64,000 nt of DNA from positions 29,922-93,921 of the forward strand of contig CAZZDK010000005.1 of NCBI GenBank assembly GCA_964652235.1, in the 5' to 3' direction. The notes under the pieces were generated by a model. The model worked only from the letters and a program-made list of their open reading frames with translations. It searched no databases and was not told the origin of the DNA. Of the stretch, positions 55,021 through 64,000 are shown piece after piece. Origin of the DNA: an uncultured Rhodospirillaceae bacterium. GTDB taxonomy: Bacteria; Pseudomonadota; Alphaproteobacteria; UBA9219. Position 1 is the first letter of the stretch; the number at the start of each line of letters is the position of its first letter. The position numbers and the translations under genes are program-made.

Positions 55021-55530
55021 ATGTCTGAAGAACTTTTCGTCCGCTTTGCCCGCAAGCCTTTCCGCTTTGACGAGGTCGAGGCAGCCGCCAGAGACACCGA
55101 AGATCTGGGCAGCCGTGTATCAATCGTGGAAACCAAAGAACTGAGCACGGAAGACTACGATAATTTCATCGCAGCCCCGCTTCGTGACCGCGAGTGGCTT
55201 GCCGGAAAAGGCGGATACCTCAACAAGAAGCGTCAAGTCGTCGCCGTCACCGCGCCGGAGCGGCAAACACTTTATGTCGATCCATCAGGCTCAAGCTACG
55301 GTCGTTATGTCGGTCTGCGTGTTTCGACCCCCAGCTGCCGCTATCCGGAAGTACAGGTTCGCCTTTCTGGACGAGACGGCAACGCTTTTGCCATCCTCGG
55401 ACATTGCCAGCGTGCCGCCCGGAAGGCCTACCTGCCGGAAGATGAAATCAAGGCGTTCATCGCCGAGGCCAAGAGCGGCGATTACAACCATCTCCTAACC
55501 ACCTGCATGCGCTGGTTCGATTGCGTTTAA
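55021..55530 (+). CDS. Two-module phage hypothetical protein
   Basis: N-module VRFARKP...DPSGSSYGRYVG; C-module GRDGNAFAIL...SGDYNHLL. Confidence 0.65.
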   Translation: MSEELFVRFARKPFRFDEVEAAARDTEDLGSRVSIVETKELSTEDYDNFIAAPLRDREWLAGKGGYLNKKRQVVAVTAPERQTLYVDPSGSSYGRYVGLRVSTPSCRYPEVQVRLSGRDGNAFAILGHCQRAARKAYLPEDEIKAFIAEAKSGDYNHLLTTCMRWFDCV

Positions 55531-56756
55531 GGCTGCGAGACCAACTCAGCTTTCTTGCCAGTAAACGCCTCCCAACGCTGGACGATCACATCGCAGTATT
55601 TGGGATCTAATTCGATCAGCCGCGCCTGCCGTCCCGTCTTCTCGCACGCGATGAGCGTGCTGCCGGAGCCGCCAAAACAATCCAAGACGATATCGCGGCT
55701 CTTGCTGCTGTTGCGGATGGCGCGTTCGACCAGCTCGACGGGTTTCATCGTCGGATGCAGATCGTTTTTCCTCGGCTTATTGACGAACCACACATCGCCT
55801 TGATCGCGCGCGCCGCACCAAAAATGATCCGCGCCTTGCTTCCAGCCGTAGAGGATCGGCTCGTACTGGCGTTGGTAGTCTGAACGGCCCAGCGTAAATG
55901 TGTTCTTGGCCCAGATCACAAAGGTCGACCATTTCCCGCCCGCCGCAACGAAGGCCTTCTGCAGCGTGTGCAATTCGCTCGACGACATGCAAACGTAGAT
56001 TCCGCCTTTGCAGACCGCGATCATATTCACGCAAGCGTCGTAAAGGAACGTTTCGAATCCTTCGCCAAGATTGTCGTTCATGATCCTGCGGTCATTGCCG
56101 CGCAACTTGTCCTTGGCCGTGTTGCCGTAATCCACGTTATAGGGCGGATCCGTAAACACCATATCGGCCAGCGCGCCGTCAAGGACGCGCTCGACGTTTT
56201 CAAGGATCGTGCTGTCCCCACAAAGCAAGCGATGGTTGCCCAGCACATAGACATCGCCGAGCTTTGTGACAGGCTCGACGGGGGCTTCAGGAACAGCATC
56301 GTCATCCGTGTTACCTTGGGTTTCATTCAGCCCTTCCAAAAGCTCCGCCAGTTCTTTATCCGAAAAACCGATGACGGATAGATCAAAATCCAAATCCGCA
56401 AGCGCGCCAAGCTCCGTTTTGAGCAGTTCGTCATCCCATCCTGCTTCAAGCGCCAGTTGATTGTCGGCGATGACATAAGCGCGTTTCTCTTCCTCGGTTA
56501 AGTGAGCGAGGATAATGACGGGAACTTGCTTTAGGGCGAGTTGCTTGGCGGCTTGCAAACGCCCATGACCCGCGATGACGTTGGCCGCTGCGTCGACCAA
56601 GATGGGGTTCACAAAACCGAAGCGCGCAATGCTGGCGGCGACTTTTGCAATCTGTTCTTTCGAGTGCGTGCGCGGGTTGTTGGCATAAGGCACAAGAGCT
56701 TCCACATCCCAAAGCTCGATCTTGCTGGCTAGACTATGCGTCGCTGAAGAGGTCAT
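55527..56756 (-). CDS. ParB-domain N6/N4 DNA methyltransferase
   Basis: YANNPRTH...IAGHGR (ParB), TDPPY, HPTMKP and FGGSGST motifs. Confidence 0.92.
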   Translation of the reverse strand: MTSSATHSLASKIELWDVEALVPYANNPRTHSKEQIAKVAASIARFGFVNPILVDAAANVIAGHGRLQAAKQLALKQVPVIILAHLTEEEKRAYVIADNQLALEAGWDDELLKTELGALADLDFDLSVIGFSDKELAELLEGLNETQGNTDDDAVPEAPVEPVTKLGDVYVLGNHRLLCGDSTILENVERVLDGALADMVFTDPPYNVDYGNTAKDKLRGNDRRIMNDNLGEGFETFLYDACVNMIAVCKGGIYVCMSSSELHTLQKAFVAAGGKWSTFVIWAKNTFTLGRSDYQRQYEPILYGWKQGADHFWCGARDQGDVWFVNKPRKNDLHPTMKPVELVERAIRNSSKSRDIVLDCFGGSGSTLIACEKTGRQARLIELDPKYCDVIVQRWEAFTGKKAELVSQP

Positions 56757-58104
56757 TTTGTTCCGGTTTCTGTGATGGCTTCAGTTGCCAAAGTGCAAAA
56801 CGCATAAGCCGCGACCAACGGCACCACGCCGTTGCCGCAAAGTCGGAGTCTGTCCACCCGATAGGCCATCCCATCAGCCATTCGACAAACAGCGGGTTTA
56901 AGACTGGCTGGGATTCCTTCCCATCCGGCGTGATCGGCAGGGGCTGGCGGCCAGATTGGTACGCCATCGGATGTGCCATCATGGAAAGATTGACCTGTTT
57001 CCCCATGGCCATTCGTCTTTGGATGCAAGGGTTCGAGATATTGCCCCGCTCCCTGTAATCCGTCGATTGAGGCGTCGGCCATGCTTTGCTGGCCTCGGTC
57101 AGGCTGAGCCCGTGATCCGAGCTTGTGCTTCCGGGTTCCTGAGCGCGCGGCGTTGGCCATTGAACCTTTGCAATCCGGTAACGAGCGCCGCTTTTGGCTT
57201 TTTCTAAATCCTGCCTCGTGTAGGGAAACCCCTCCGGCTGCAGCACCGTCTCGGCCAAACTCGGTGTTCGCAGAACATTGCGCCCGTCCTTGCGGATCAT
57301 CTTCTCCGGTGGCCGCGCCCGCTGCACGAGCGAATCCGTTGCCGTTGCTGTCGGCCATAGAGCCGTCTGCGCCGTGAGCGACCCGAAGCACCGATCCGTT
57401 CGGTCGCCGTTGCGCTTTATGAAGCTCTCCTGTTTCTCGCTTGTCTCCTGCGCGCGCGGGGTCAGCCAAAGCTGCGCGCTCACTTCCAGTCGCCCCTTCG
57501 GGTTCCCAGCCGAGATCTCTTTGCGTGATGCCCCGTTCGCCGAAGACACCCTCACGGTAGGCCAAGATGAACAATCGCTCGCGCTTGTGAGGCGCGCCGA
57601 CTTCCTCCGCCGTAAACAAGCCTGCCTTAACGCGGTAACCCATGCGTCGAAGGTCATCGTGGACGCGGCTAAACCCCAATCGTAAATGTCCGCCGACGTT
57701 TTCGAAGAAACAGAGGGGCGGTTTGATCTCGTGGACGATGCGGGCGATGTCCGGCCAGAGATGGCGCGGGTCTTTGTCGCCGAGTTGACGGCCTGCAATC
57801 GAGAATGGCTGGCATGGATAGCCGCCGTGGACGATATCCACCACGCCGCGCCACGCTTTGCCTCGGAAGGTTTTAACATCGTCCCAGACAGGCGCGCGAT
57901 CCAAGGCCTCGTTTTCCATCCGACCCACGAGCGTGGATGCGGCGAAACTTTCCCGCTCGACGTAACAAACAGTTCGATAGTCTGGCAGCGCAAGGTGGAG
58001 GCCAAGGTCGAGCCCGCCTGCGCCCGCGCAGAGCGAGAGGCCGAACAACGCCCGCCCTTTTGGGCATGCGCAATCGCCTCCGGCGGAAGATAAAGCCAGA
58101 CCAT
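56734..58104 (-). CDS. Alternative-frame (beta) subunit of the C5 MTase with W-P-T-P repeats and motif IX
   Basis: 456-aa open frame on the same strand; WPTV/WLTP/WPTA/WPTP/WPTP repeats and LNPLFVEWLMGWPIGWT. Confidence 0.7.
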   Translation of the reverse strand: MVWLYLPPEAIAHAQKGGRCSASRSARAQAGSTLASTLRCQTIELFVTSSGKVSPHPRSWVGWKTRPWIARLSGTMLKPSEAKRGAAWWISSTAAIHASHSRLQAVNSATKTRAISGRTSPASSTRSNRPSVSSKTSADIYDWGLAASTMTFDAWVTALRQACLRRRKSARLTSASDCSSWPTVRVSSANGASRKEISAGNPKGRLEVSAQLWLTPRAQETSEKQESFIKRNGDRTDRCFGSLTAQTALWPTATATDSLVQRARPPEKMIRKDGRNVLRTPSLAETVLQPEGFPYTRQDLEKAKSGARYRIAKVQWPTPRAQEPGSTSSDHGLSLTEASKAWPTPQSTDYRERGNISNPCIQRRMAMGKQVNLSMMAHPMAYQSGRQPLPITPDGKESQPVLNPLFVEWLMGWPIGWTDSDFAATAWCRWSRLMRFALWQLKPSQKPEQNDLFSDA

Positions 58105-58108
58105 TCAA
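56753..58108 (-). CDS. C5-cytosine DNA methyltransferase, catalytic (alpha) frame
   Basis: Motif I SLCAGAGG, IV GGYPCQPFS, VI FFENV, VIII RERLF, X LCGNGVVP; no motif IX. Confidence 0.88.
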   Translation of the reverse strand: MNGLALSSAGGDCACPKGRALFGLSLCAGAGGLDLGLHLALPDYRTVCYVERESFAASTLVGRMENEALDRAPVWDDVKTFRGKAWRGVVDIVHGGYPCQPFSIAGRQLGDKDPRHLWPDIARIVHEIKPPLCFFENVGGHLRLGFSRVHDDLRRMGYRVKAGLFTAEEVGAPHKRERLFILAYREGVFGERGITQRDLGWEPEGATGSERAALADPARAGDKRETGELHKAQRRPNGSVLRVAHGADGSMADSNGNGFARAAGAATGEDDPQGRAQCSANTEFGRDGAAAGGVSLHEAGFRKSQKRRSLPDCKGSMANAARSGTRKHKLGSRAQPDRGQQSMADASIDGLQGAGQYLEPLHPKTNGHGETGQSFHDGTSDGVPIWPPAPADHAGWEGIPASLKPAVCRMADGMAYRVDRLRLCGNGVVPLVAAYAFCTLATEAITETGTK

Positions 58109-58285
58109 TTCAAACCTCTGTTGTTACGAAAAGCTGGCTTCCCTTTGTCAGGAGTCCAGGCAGGAATCCGCCTCCACGGGGCGGTTTAACTCTTTGTTTT
58201 CCATGAGATAATTGGGTTGCGTCCGCAGCCACAACATGTGAGGTGGCTTCCCGCTTTCAGCCCCTACATGTAGCGAAGTCCCGGG

Positions 58286-58324
58286 CTCTTGCCGCCAGCA
58301 TACGTTGGGGCCCACACAGGACCC
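58286..58324 (-). other. Candidate lambda-like cos site
   Basis: GGGTCCT (identical to lambda cosQ) followed 20 nt later by TGGCGGCAAGAG (cf. lambda cosN GGGCGGCGACCT). Confidence 0.45.
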
Positions 58325-58359
58325 GCAAGATTTTAGAGAGACAGCGAAGCGACGGGCAT

Positions 58360-58536
58360 TTAGCCGTTGTCTTCGAGTGCGTCCGCCGCGACGAGGTGCT
58401 TTGTCGTCGGGTCGTCGACGCGGCTCAAGCGAACGTGGATGCCTGATGGCCAGACGAGAAGTTCTTCGATCTGCCACAGCTTTCCGCGCGCGCTGCCGCG
58501 CTGGAACGTTTGACCGACTTCAATTTCTTTTTTCAT
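58360..58536 (-). CDS. Small hypothetical protein
   Basis: MKKEIEVGQTFQRG... 58 aa; start inferred. Confidence 0.4.
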   Translation of the reverse strand: MKKEIEVGQTFQRGSARGKLWQIEELLVWPSGIHVRLSRVDDPTTKHLVAADALEDNG

Positions 58537-58667
58537 ATTCTTTTGATCCTCGGGGCTCGCCCGCTCGCGCCTCTCCCGAGCATGACGAGAACATATGTCA
58601 TTTTTGCCGTTTTTGTATCGCCCAAAAATGTTTCTGAAACACTTTTTTACCAGCTTCGCAAAAACCG

Positions 58668-59105
58668 TCATAATTTACCGCCGTAAAGACTTGCCAACAA
58701 CCTTGTCCGCGCGGGGACACGCTGTGACCTGTCGTTCAATCTCCATGCGATAACGCAAAGAGCGTAAATCCAATGCCGGTGTGCCGTGATGCGAGCAAGG
58801 CCGACGCTCCAACAAATGTGCTTCCAGCGCTCACCGTATGCCCGTAACCACACGATCTTTGCGTCGATGGGATCGAGGCCGATCGTCCAACCAAGCGTTT
58901 CTTCCATGCGGCTGATGGCGGCGGCGGACGGATACGGACGCTTGAGGCGTGGCGGCTCTTGTCCGACCAGATCGCCGAAATCGTGGACGATGGTCGGCCA
59001 GACGTTGAAATACCCACGCACCTTGACGGGGGGCATGCGTTTCAAAACGTCTGCAGCCTCGACAAGACGTTCTTCGACCAGCGATGCGGTCCATTTCTCA
59101 GTCAT
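58668..59105 (-). CDS. DUF6362-type late-gene regulator (Q/sigma-like HTH)
   Basis: VEERLVEAA...AISRMEETLGW...WKHIC; position at the early/late boundary. Confidence 0.7.
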   Translation of the reverse strand: MTEKWTASLVEERLVEAADVLKRMPPVKVRGYFNVWPTIVHDFGDLVGQEPPRLKRPYPSAAAISRMEETLGWTIGLDPIDAKIVWLRAYGERWKHICWSVGLARITAHRHWIYALCVIAWRLNDRSQRVPARTRLLASLYGGKL

Positions 59106-59304
59106 GCCGCGCTCCTTCCGTTTTGCGTTTGCCGTAAAGTTTCTCGCCGAGTTGCTGGATCAACTCTCGCTCAGGCCAGGACAGGCGGTCGTCGTCGGCC
59201 TTGACGACGAGAATGCCTTCGCTGTTCCAGCCTTCGCGTTTGACACGTTCAGGGTCTGGGCGCTCGCCGCCAAAACCGCGCGGAGTCCATTTCATGCCGC
59301 TCAT
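59098..59304 (-). CDS. Small phage hypothetical protein
   Basis: KREGWNSEGILVV...DDRLSWPERELIQQLGEKLYG; overlaps both neighbours. Confidence 0.65.
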   Translation of the reverse strand: MSGMKWTPRGFGGERPDPERVKREGWNSEGILVVKADDDRLSWPERELIQQLGEKLYGKRKTEGARHD

Positions 59305-59783
59305 GACGCGCCTCCGTTCTCCAAAGCCCAATCGAGCAGTGCTAGCGCGTCCGCTTCGTTGTCGTCGGCGGGATCGAAACCTTTCGCTTTGATCGCGGCG
59401 ATGACGGCCTTCTTGTCGCCGTTGCCTTTGCCGGTCGCATGTTTCTTGATCGTGCCGACGGGCACGCCTTGATACGGAATGCTGTGATGCTCGCACCACG
59501 CCGTGAGATGCGCGAGAAAGCCTCCGTAAGCGTGGGCCGCATCGACACCGACATGCCGTCTGACCTCCTCGAAATACACGGCATCGATGCCGCCTGCTGT
59601 TTGCTTGATTTCCGTGAGCCAATGTTTGAAGCGCAAGAAGCGCATCCCGCCGCCCTCGAACCGGCTGGGCGCAAAATGTTGCGTGCCGCTCGCGATCCCT
59701 CCATCGCGTTGACGTAAGGCCCATCCCGTATGCGTCCCGAGATCGAGCGAGAGGATGGATGATGTGGTTTTGTTTTCGGTCAT
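59301..59783 (-). CDS. RuvC-like Holliday junction resolvase
   Basis: LSLDLGTHTGWA, YFEEVRRH and DDNEADALAL motifs. Confidence 0.85.
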   Translation of the reverse strand: MTENKTTSSILSLDLGTHTGWALRQRDGGIASGTQHFAPSRFEGGGMRFLRFKHWLTEIKQTAGGIDAVYFEEVRRHVGVDAAHAYGGFLAHLTAWCEHHSIPYQGVPVGTIKKHATGKGNGDKKAVIAAIKAKGFDPADDNEADALALLDWALENGGAS

Positions 59784-62754
59784 GGCAGCGCCTCCTTAAG
59801 CCAGTCAGGTGTTTCTTGATCGTCGGGGGAGTGTTTGGGAGATGCGGGCGAACACTCCCCGCGACACTCCCCTGTGAAAGTCTCGTCGGGACAAGGACTT
59901 GGGGAATGTTGGGAGTGTGGGGAGTGTTTTTGGGCACCTTCCTCTTGCGCACGCGCGTGCCCGCGCACGTGTAAGGGGGAGGAAAAACACTCCCCACATT
60001 CCCCACACTCCCCAGCATTCTGATTTTGTTGACCGTTTTTGAGGGGAGTGTTTGGCGCCGACACTCCCCCTTGAGTCCCAACACTCCCCGCTGCCTTGTG
60101 TTGATGGGAGTGTGGGGAGTGTTTTTCTGTGACCGTCGCGCCACAGTCGGGTTTCTCGCACAGAACGAGAGCCCATCGCGCCGCCTGATGGCGAATGCCC
60201 AAAGCCTCGACCCGAACGGCGATGTGTCCCAAATCGAACATCCGGTCGCGCACGCGGCGCAGGGCTTTGCCGAGCCGGATCTTGCGCGAATGGTCGCCGC
60301 CTGCACCGAGCGGCAAGGCCGGTTCGCTGACGAGCGCGAGCTCGTATAGATCGCCGCTGCCAACCTCCGCCGTGCCGAACCTGTCCCACCAGAGTGAGAC
60401 GAAACCGCGCCACATCGCGCCTTCGGCGTCCGAGGCTTCCATCATCTCGTCGATGTTGGCGAGGAAGCCGTCGATGGCCGCGACCTGTAAAATGCCACCC
60501 ATGACGCGCGACCAGTTCTCGTAGCTGCCGATGATCTCGGGGTTGGCGGGACGTCCTGCCGCGATCCACGCTTGGCAGAGCGTCAGGCAGGCCGATACCA
60601 GACTTGCGCGGTTGGCGCGAACCCAGACCATGAGATCGGGATGCCGAAAGCCTTGGCGGCGCGCGGGTTTGTCGACATGGGCGTCGAGCCGGATGCGGAT
60701 GAGGCGCCGCGACATCTCGTTCGAGAACTCAGGGTTGTTGCCCGTCGCGATCCAAACGCAGCGAATAGGAAGCCGCGTCATTTCCGAAACGCCGAGGATG
60801 CGGTCTTCCCAGAAAGGAGCCGTGAGTGCGGCGGCAAGCGCAGAAGAGTCCAGCGTGCGTCGCAGATTGTCGATAAGAACGAGCGCAGGGATTTGGCGAA
60901 GCTTGGCGGTGAGACGCTTGCGCCATTCCTCGTCCTCGCTGCCCTCGGTCATGACGCTCGCGCCGGAGCCCGTCAGGATAGTCGCGATGGCGTCGACCAG
61001 AAGCGTCGCGCCTGTGCCTGGCGTAGGCTTTTCGATCAGGTGCAGCGGCGTTGGCCCCTCGATCATGGTGCGGACGAAGCCGAGTAGCAGCAAGGCCACA
61101 GCGTGTGCCCGTTCAGCCTCGCTGACGAACGGAAAATCCCCCATCAGATCGTCGAGGATCAGCGTGCGCGCTGCGGCAATTTCTTCTTTCGTAGGACAAC
61201 GCGGCACAGGCGGAACGGTGAAGCCCGATAACGGGTGGTAAAGCAACCGCGCGTCCGGATGATAACCGGCGTCGGTGATCAATTCGCCGTTGCGTCCGAA
61301 CACGGGCGCGGTCACAACGCCTGCCAAGACGGGTAAAACGGGATCGGGCGTTGCGAGCAACGCCTTGACCAGAGATGATGGCGGATGGGCAGGAACAAGC
61401 TGGTTGTTGGCGGAGAGCTTGCGCCAGTCGGCGATTTTGGCCAGCATATAGCGCAACCGCTCGTCCGTAAGGCCGCGCACCATGGGCAACCCGTCGTCGT
61501 CCGGCACGACCCAAGACGGCACGCTGCCCACGCGATAGAGCCAAGGCGAAAGGTTGGAGTTGTGAAGCAACAGCCACGTCTGCCGCGCGGCGCGGTCAAG
61601 GTTGCCTTCGTCCGTGCGATGCAAAGGCAGCGGGCTTTCCGGATCCGCAAAACCTATTGGCAACCCGCGTCTGGTCGCGTTGTCGGCTTTGGGCGCCAGC
61701 AACGATGTCCGCTCGTGCGTCCGTGCCGCTTGAAGGCAACGCTTGATGCCATCCGAGCCCTCGCGTCGCAAAGGTCGTTAAAATCCTCACCTTCCTTGTC
61801 CGGCACGGCAACGGCGCATTCGCGGCCTTCGGCCAGAAGCCTGTCCGCCAACGCCTCTGCCGCTCGTTGTCCTGCGCCGGACGCATCGTTGTCGGCGAAA
61901 ATGACGATGCGCTTGGCTTCGAGCGGCAGACAAACCTGTTCCAGACCTGGCGCGGAAAGAGCTGCCCAGACAGGCAGCTCGGGGCGCGCCGTCATAACGG
62001 CAAGGCCAGTTTCAATTCCCTCGCTAAGCCCCAGAATGCCTTTATCTCCGATGGGCGCCAGTCGAACCGCGCCGCCCGCCGTGCGCCCCAGCATTTTCTT
62101 CGCCTTGGAAACGTCCGCCTTGCCGGAGCCGTCGGGTTTCAGATAGGTGCGATGCAACGCCTGTTGTTTGCCGTCCGCATCGCGCACGATGGCGACCATG
62201 GCGGGATAGCCGGTCTTGGTATCCCAATGCGCAAGGTCGGGGTGAAAGAGAAGATCGGGCGTTGCAGGGCAGCTCAGCCCTCGCGATTCAAAATAGGTCT
62301 CAATGAGCGTGTCGTGGATTGATTGCGTTCGGGACAGAATAATATCGATCTCGCGCGCGCTGTCTTTTTCGGGCTTCGAGACGGACGCGGGCATCTGTTT
62401 TTGCGGCGCGGCCTGCGACCAGCCGACAAGCTCGGCGGCGTAGGCGAACAGTTCTCGCCCCGTGAGACCTGTCGCCTGTTCAAGGGCGCTGAGCGGCCCG
62501 CCGCCTTTCTGGTTGCCGTCGAAGTCTTTCCAATCGCCCGCGTGTTCGCCTTTAAGCGTGATGACACAGGAGCCGATTTTGCGCGGGGCGTCGCCGCGAA
62601 TGTTGGCAAGCCGCCATTCGTCCTCTTTGCGCATGCCGTTAGGAAACAACTGCGGCACCCAGCTTTCTGCCCGTTCGCGCAGCCGTTCGGCTATGGCGTC
62701 CAGATCGTAACGAACCGTCGGCGTTGGCGGTAAAACGTCGTTCAGGTCAATCAA
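59780..62754 (-). pseudogene. TOPRIM primase-helicase fusion split by a 1-nt frameshift at ~61770
   Basis: The 5' frame has EGIETGL, FADND and DFNDL; the 3' frame has a P-loop-like GTGATLL and VLIDNL; adding one T at the TTT run joins them (DFNDLLRREG). Confidence 0.65.
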
Positions 62755-64000
62755 GGATCACCAAGCCTTTCTCGGCTCGCGTGATCGCCGTATAGAGCCA
62801 GCGGGCGCGGATTTCCGGTTTACGGTGTCCGAACTTGTCGTCGAACACGATCACGTTTTCCCATTGCGAGCCTTGGGATTTGTGGCAGGTGATGGCGTAG
62901 CCCCAGACGGTCTCGATAAGGTTTTTGATCTCGCGCCAATCGCGGTTCGAGCGTTGCGGGTCGTAATGGACGTGATCGTCGAAATGCCCTTTGTAAAAAC
63001 GCTGTCGTCCCGGAAGCTGCTGTCCGTCTTCCGTTCTGGCCTCCGCGCTGAAGCGATAGGCGTCCTCGTCGCGGATATCGGAAAGTTCGAGGAACATGCC
63101 GTTGACGATGCCGAGATCGTGTCGGTTCTTAAGGCAGATGATCTTTTCTCCGCGACCTGTCGGATAGGCCTCCTCAAAACCCGCCGCCCGTTTCATGCCA
63201 CTGTTAAGACGGATGCGCGTCGCGTTCAGGCCGCAAAGGACTTGCCCACCGTTCAGCATTTGATCAAACGTCACGTCGCGCTGCGGCATCTTCCATACGA
63301 AATCATCGTACTGGCCGAAGGGGATGGCGATGTTCTGCCGCGCCATGGTGGCGAGGCGGATGATGGCACTTTCTTCCGCCTGTCGGTGAATCTCCGTCAG
63401 CATCACGTCTGGCACCGTATCCGTGAACGCCCCTTCGCCTTTGATCGGCGGCAACTGACCGGGATCACCCAAAACAAGGATCGGCGTGCCGAAAGCGAGC
63501 AGATCGTTCGCCATTTCCTCGCCGACCATCGAGACTTCGTCGAGCACCAGAAGATCGGCGTCGCGCACAAGGGACTGTTCGTTCAAAACGAAGCGTGGCG
63601 TGTGGATGTCCATAAGCCGCAGCTCAAGACGCTTGATCTGCGTCAGGGCGAAGGTGCGCTCGGCTGGCCCCATCTGGCCGACTCTCGCGACAAGATCGGC
63701 TAGCTCCTTCTCGACGCGCTCGATCTCCTGCGGCGTCGCTTCCGACACGCGGTAGATCAAACTGTGGATCGTCGAAGCTGGCGTTCCCTTGCGCGTCATG
63801 ACGAGAGCGGCCTTGCCGGTGAACGCGCCGTAAAGAACGCCGCCGTCGCAGAAGTTCTGTTTGTCCAGCGTATCCAGCCCAAGCTCTTCGACGACATGGC
63901 GGACGATGGTGGTCTTGCCCGTGCCCGCGTAGCCGAACAGGCGGAAAACTTGCTGCTCTTTCGTGCGGCTTGTGAACCATTCGCTGATCTTGCGGATCGC
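62747..64000 (-). CDS. RecD/Dda-like SF1B helicase (5' end outside the window)
   Basis: GYAGTGKTT, AFTGKAA, LDEVSM, GDPGQLPP, TCHKSQGS and YTAITRA motifs; frame is open to the window edge. Confidence 0.92.
   Translation of the reverse strand, partial: AIRKISEWFTSRTKEQQVFRLFGYAGTGKTTIVRHVVEELGLDTLDKQNFCDGGVLYGAFTGKAALVMTRKGTPASTIHSLIYRVSEATPQEIERVEKELADLVARVGQMGPAERTFALTQIKRLELRLMDIHTPRFVLNEQSLVRDADLLVLDEVSMVGEEMANDLLAFGTPILVLGDPGQLPPIKGEGAFTDTVPDVMLTEIHRQAEESAIIRLATMARQNIAIPFGQYDDFVWKMPQRDVTFDQMLNGGQVLCGLNATRIRLNSGMKRAAGFEEAYPTGRGEKIICLKNRHDLGIVNGMFLELSDIRDEDAYRFSAEARTEDGQQLPGRQRFYKGHFDDHVHYDPQRSNRDWREIKNLIETVWGYAITCHKSQGSQWENVIVFDDKFGHRKPEIRARWLYTAITRAEKGLVILD

Larger units (their letters stand above)
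29633..64000 (-). mobile_element. Siphoviral prophage (lambda-like head, GTA-like baseplate), truncated at the right edge
   Basis: Complete colinear packaging, head, tail and lysis gene set plus replication genes, nearly all on the minus strand, high GC. Confidence 0.95.

Noticed and set aside
58148-58477. 109-aa minus-strand ORF over the cos-like region
   Set aside because: Arg-rich low-information translation overlapping a likely cis site.
59098-60363. 421-aa minus-strand ORF
   Set aside because: Only its last 68 codons look like a real gene; the rest overlaps RuvC-like and helicase genes in other frames.
31578-62754. The prophage as a true gene transfer agent
   Set aside because: Only the baseplate is RcGTA-like; the head is lambda-type and replication, methylase and lysis genes are attached.
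1-64000. CRISPR arrays, intact tRNA/rRNA genes, IS elements, integrase, reverse transcriptase
   Set aside because: No regularly spaced repeats, complete cloverleaf, transposase, recombinase or RT motifs were recognised in this window.

Overview
Bacterial genomic window, probably alphaproteobacterial, in three parts. (1) 1-2.9 kb: a redox/metal-cofactor operon on the minus strand (4Fe-4S P-loop ATPase, NifB/NifX-family, DUF134, CcdA/DsbD-like membrane protein, CxxC thioredoxin-fold protein). It is followed at ~3.3 kb by a 23-nt tRNA-Ser 3' remnant that looks like an att site. (2) 3.5-29.6 kb: an accessory island. It carries nucleotide-handling enzymes, an XRE-MTase-GNAT-GNAT-MFS operon, an XRE/ORF6C regulator cluster and an HD phosphohydrolase. 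It also carries a lower-GC putative biosynthetic cluster (2 radical SAM, 3 glycosyltransferases, deacetylase, methyltransferase, MFS exporter) and a full-length type-1 isoleucyl-tRNA synthetase with altered active-site signatures (HIGH->HGGH-LAPC, KMSKS->KVSKS). (3) 29.6 kb to the window end: a high-GC siphoviral prophage on the minus strand. It has lambda-like head genes, an RcGTA-like baseplate, a lysis cassette, several GNAT/kinase/HAD morons, two DNA methyltransferases (one dual-frame), a cos-like site, and replication genes that run off the right edge. The leading candidate for a new system is a prophage-linked cluster making an IleRS-targeting (or IleRS-assisted) glycosylated metabolite, with its own divergent IleRS. 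All assignments come from motif recognition by eye; no searches were run.
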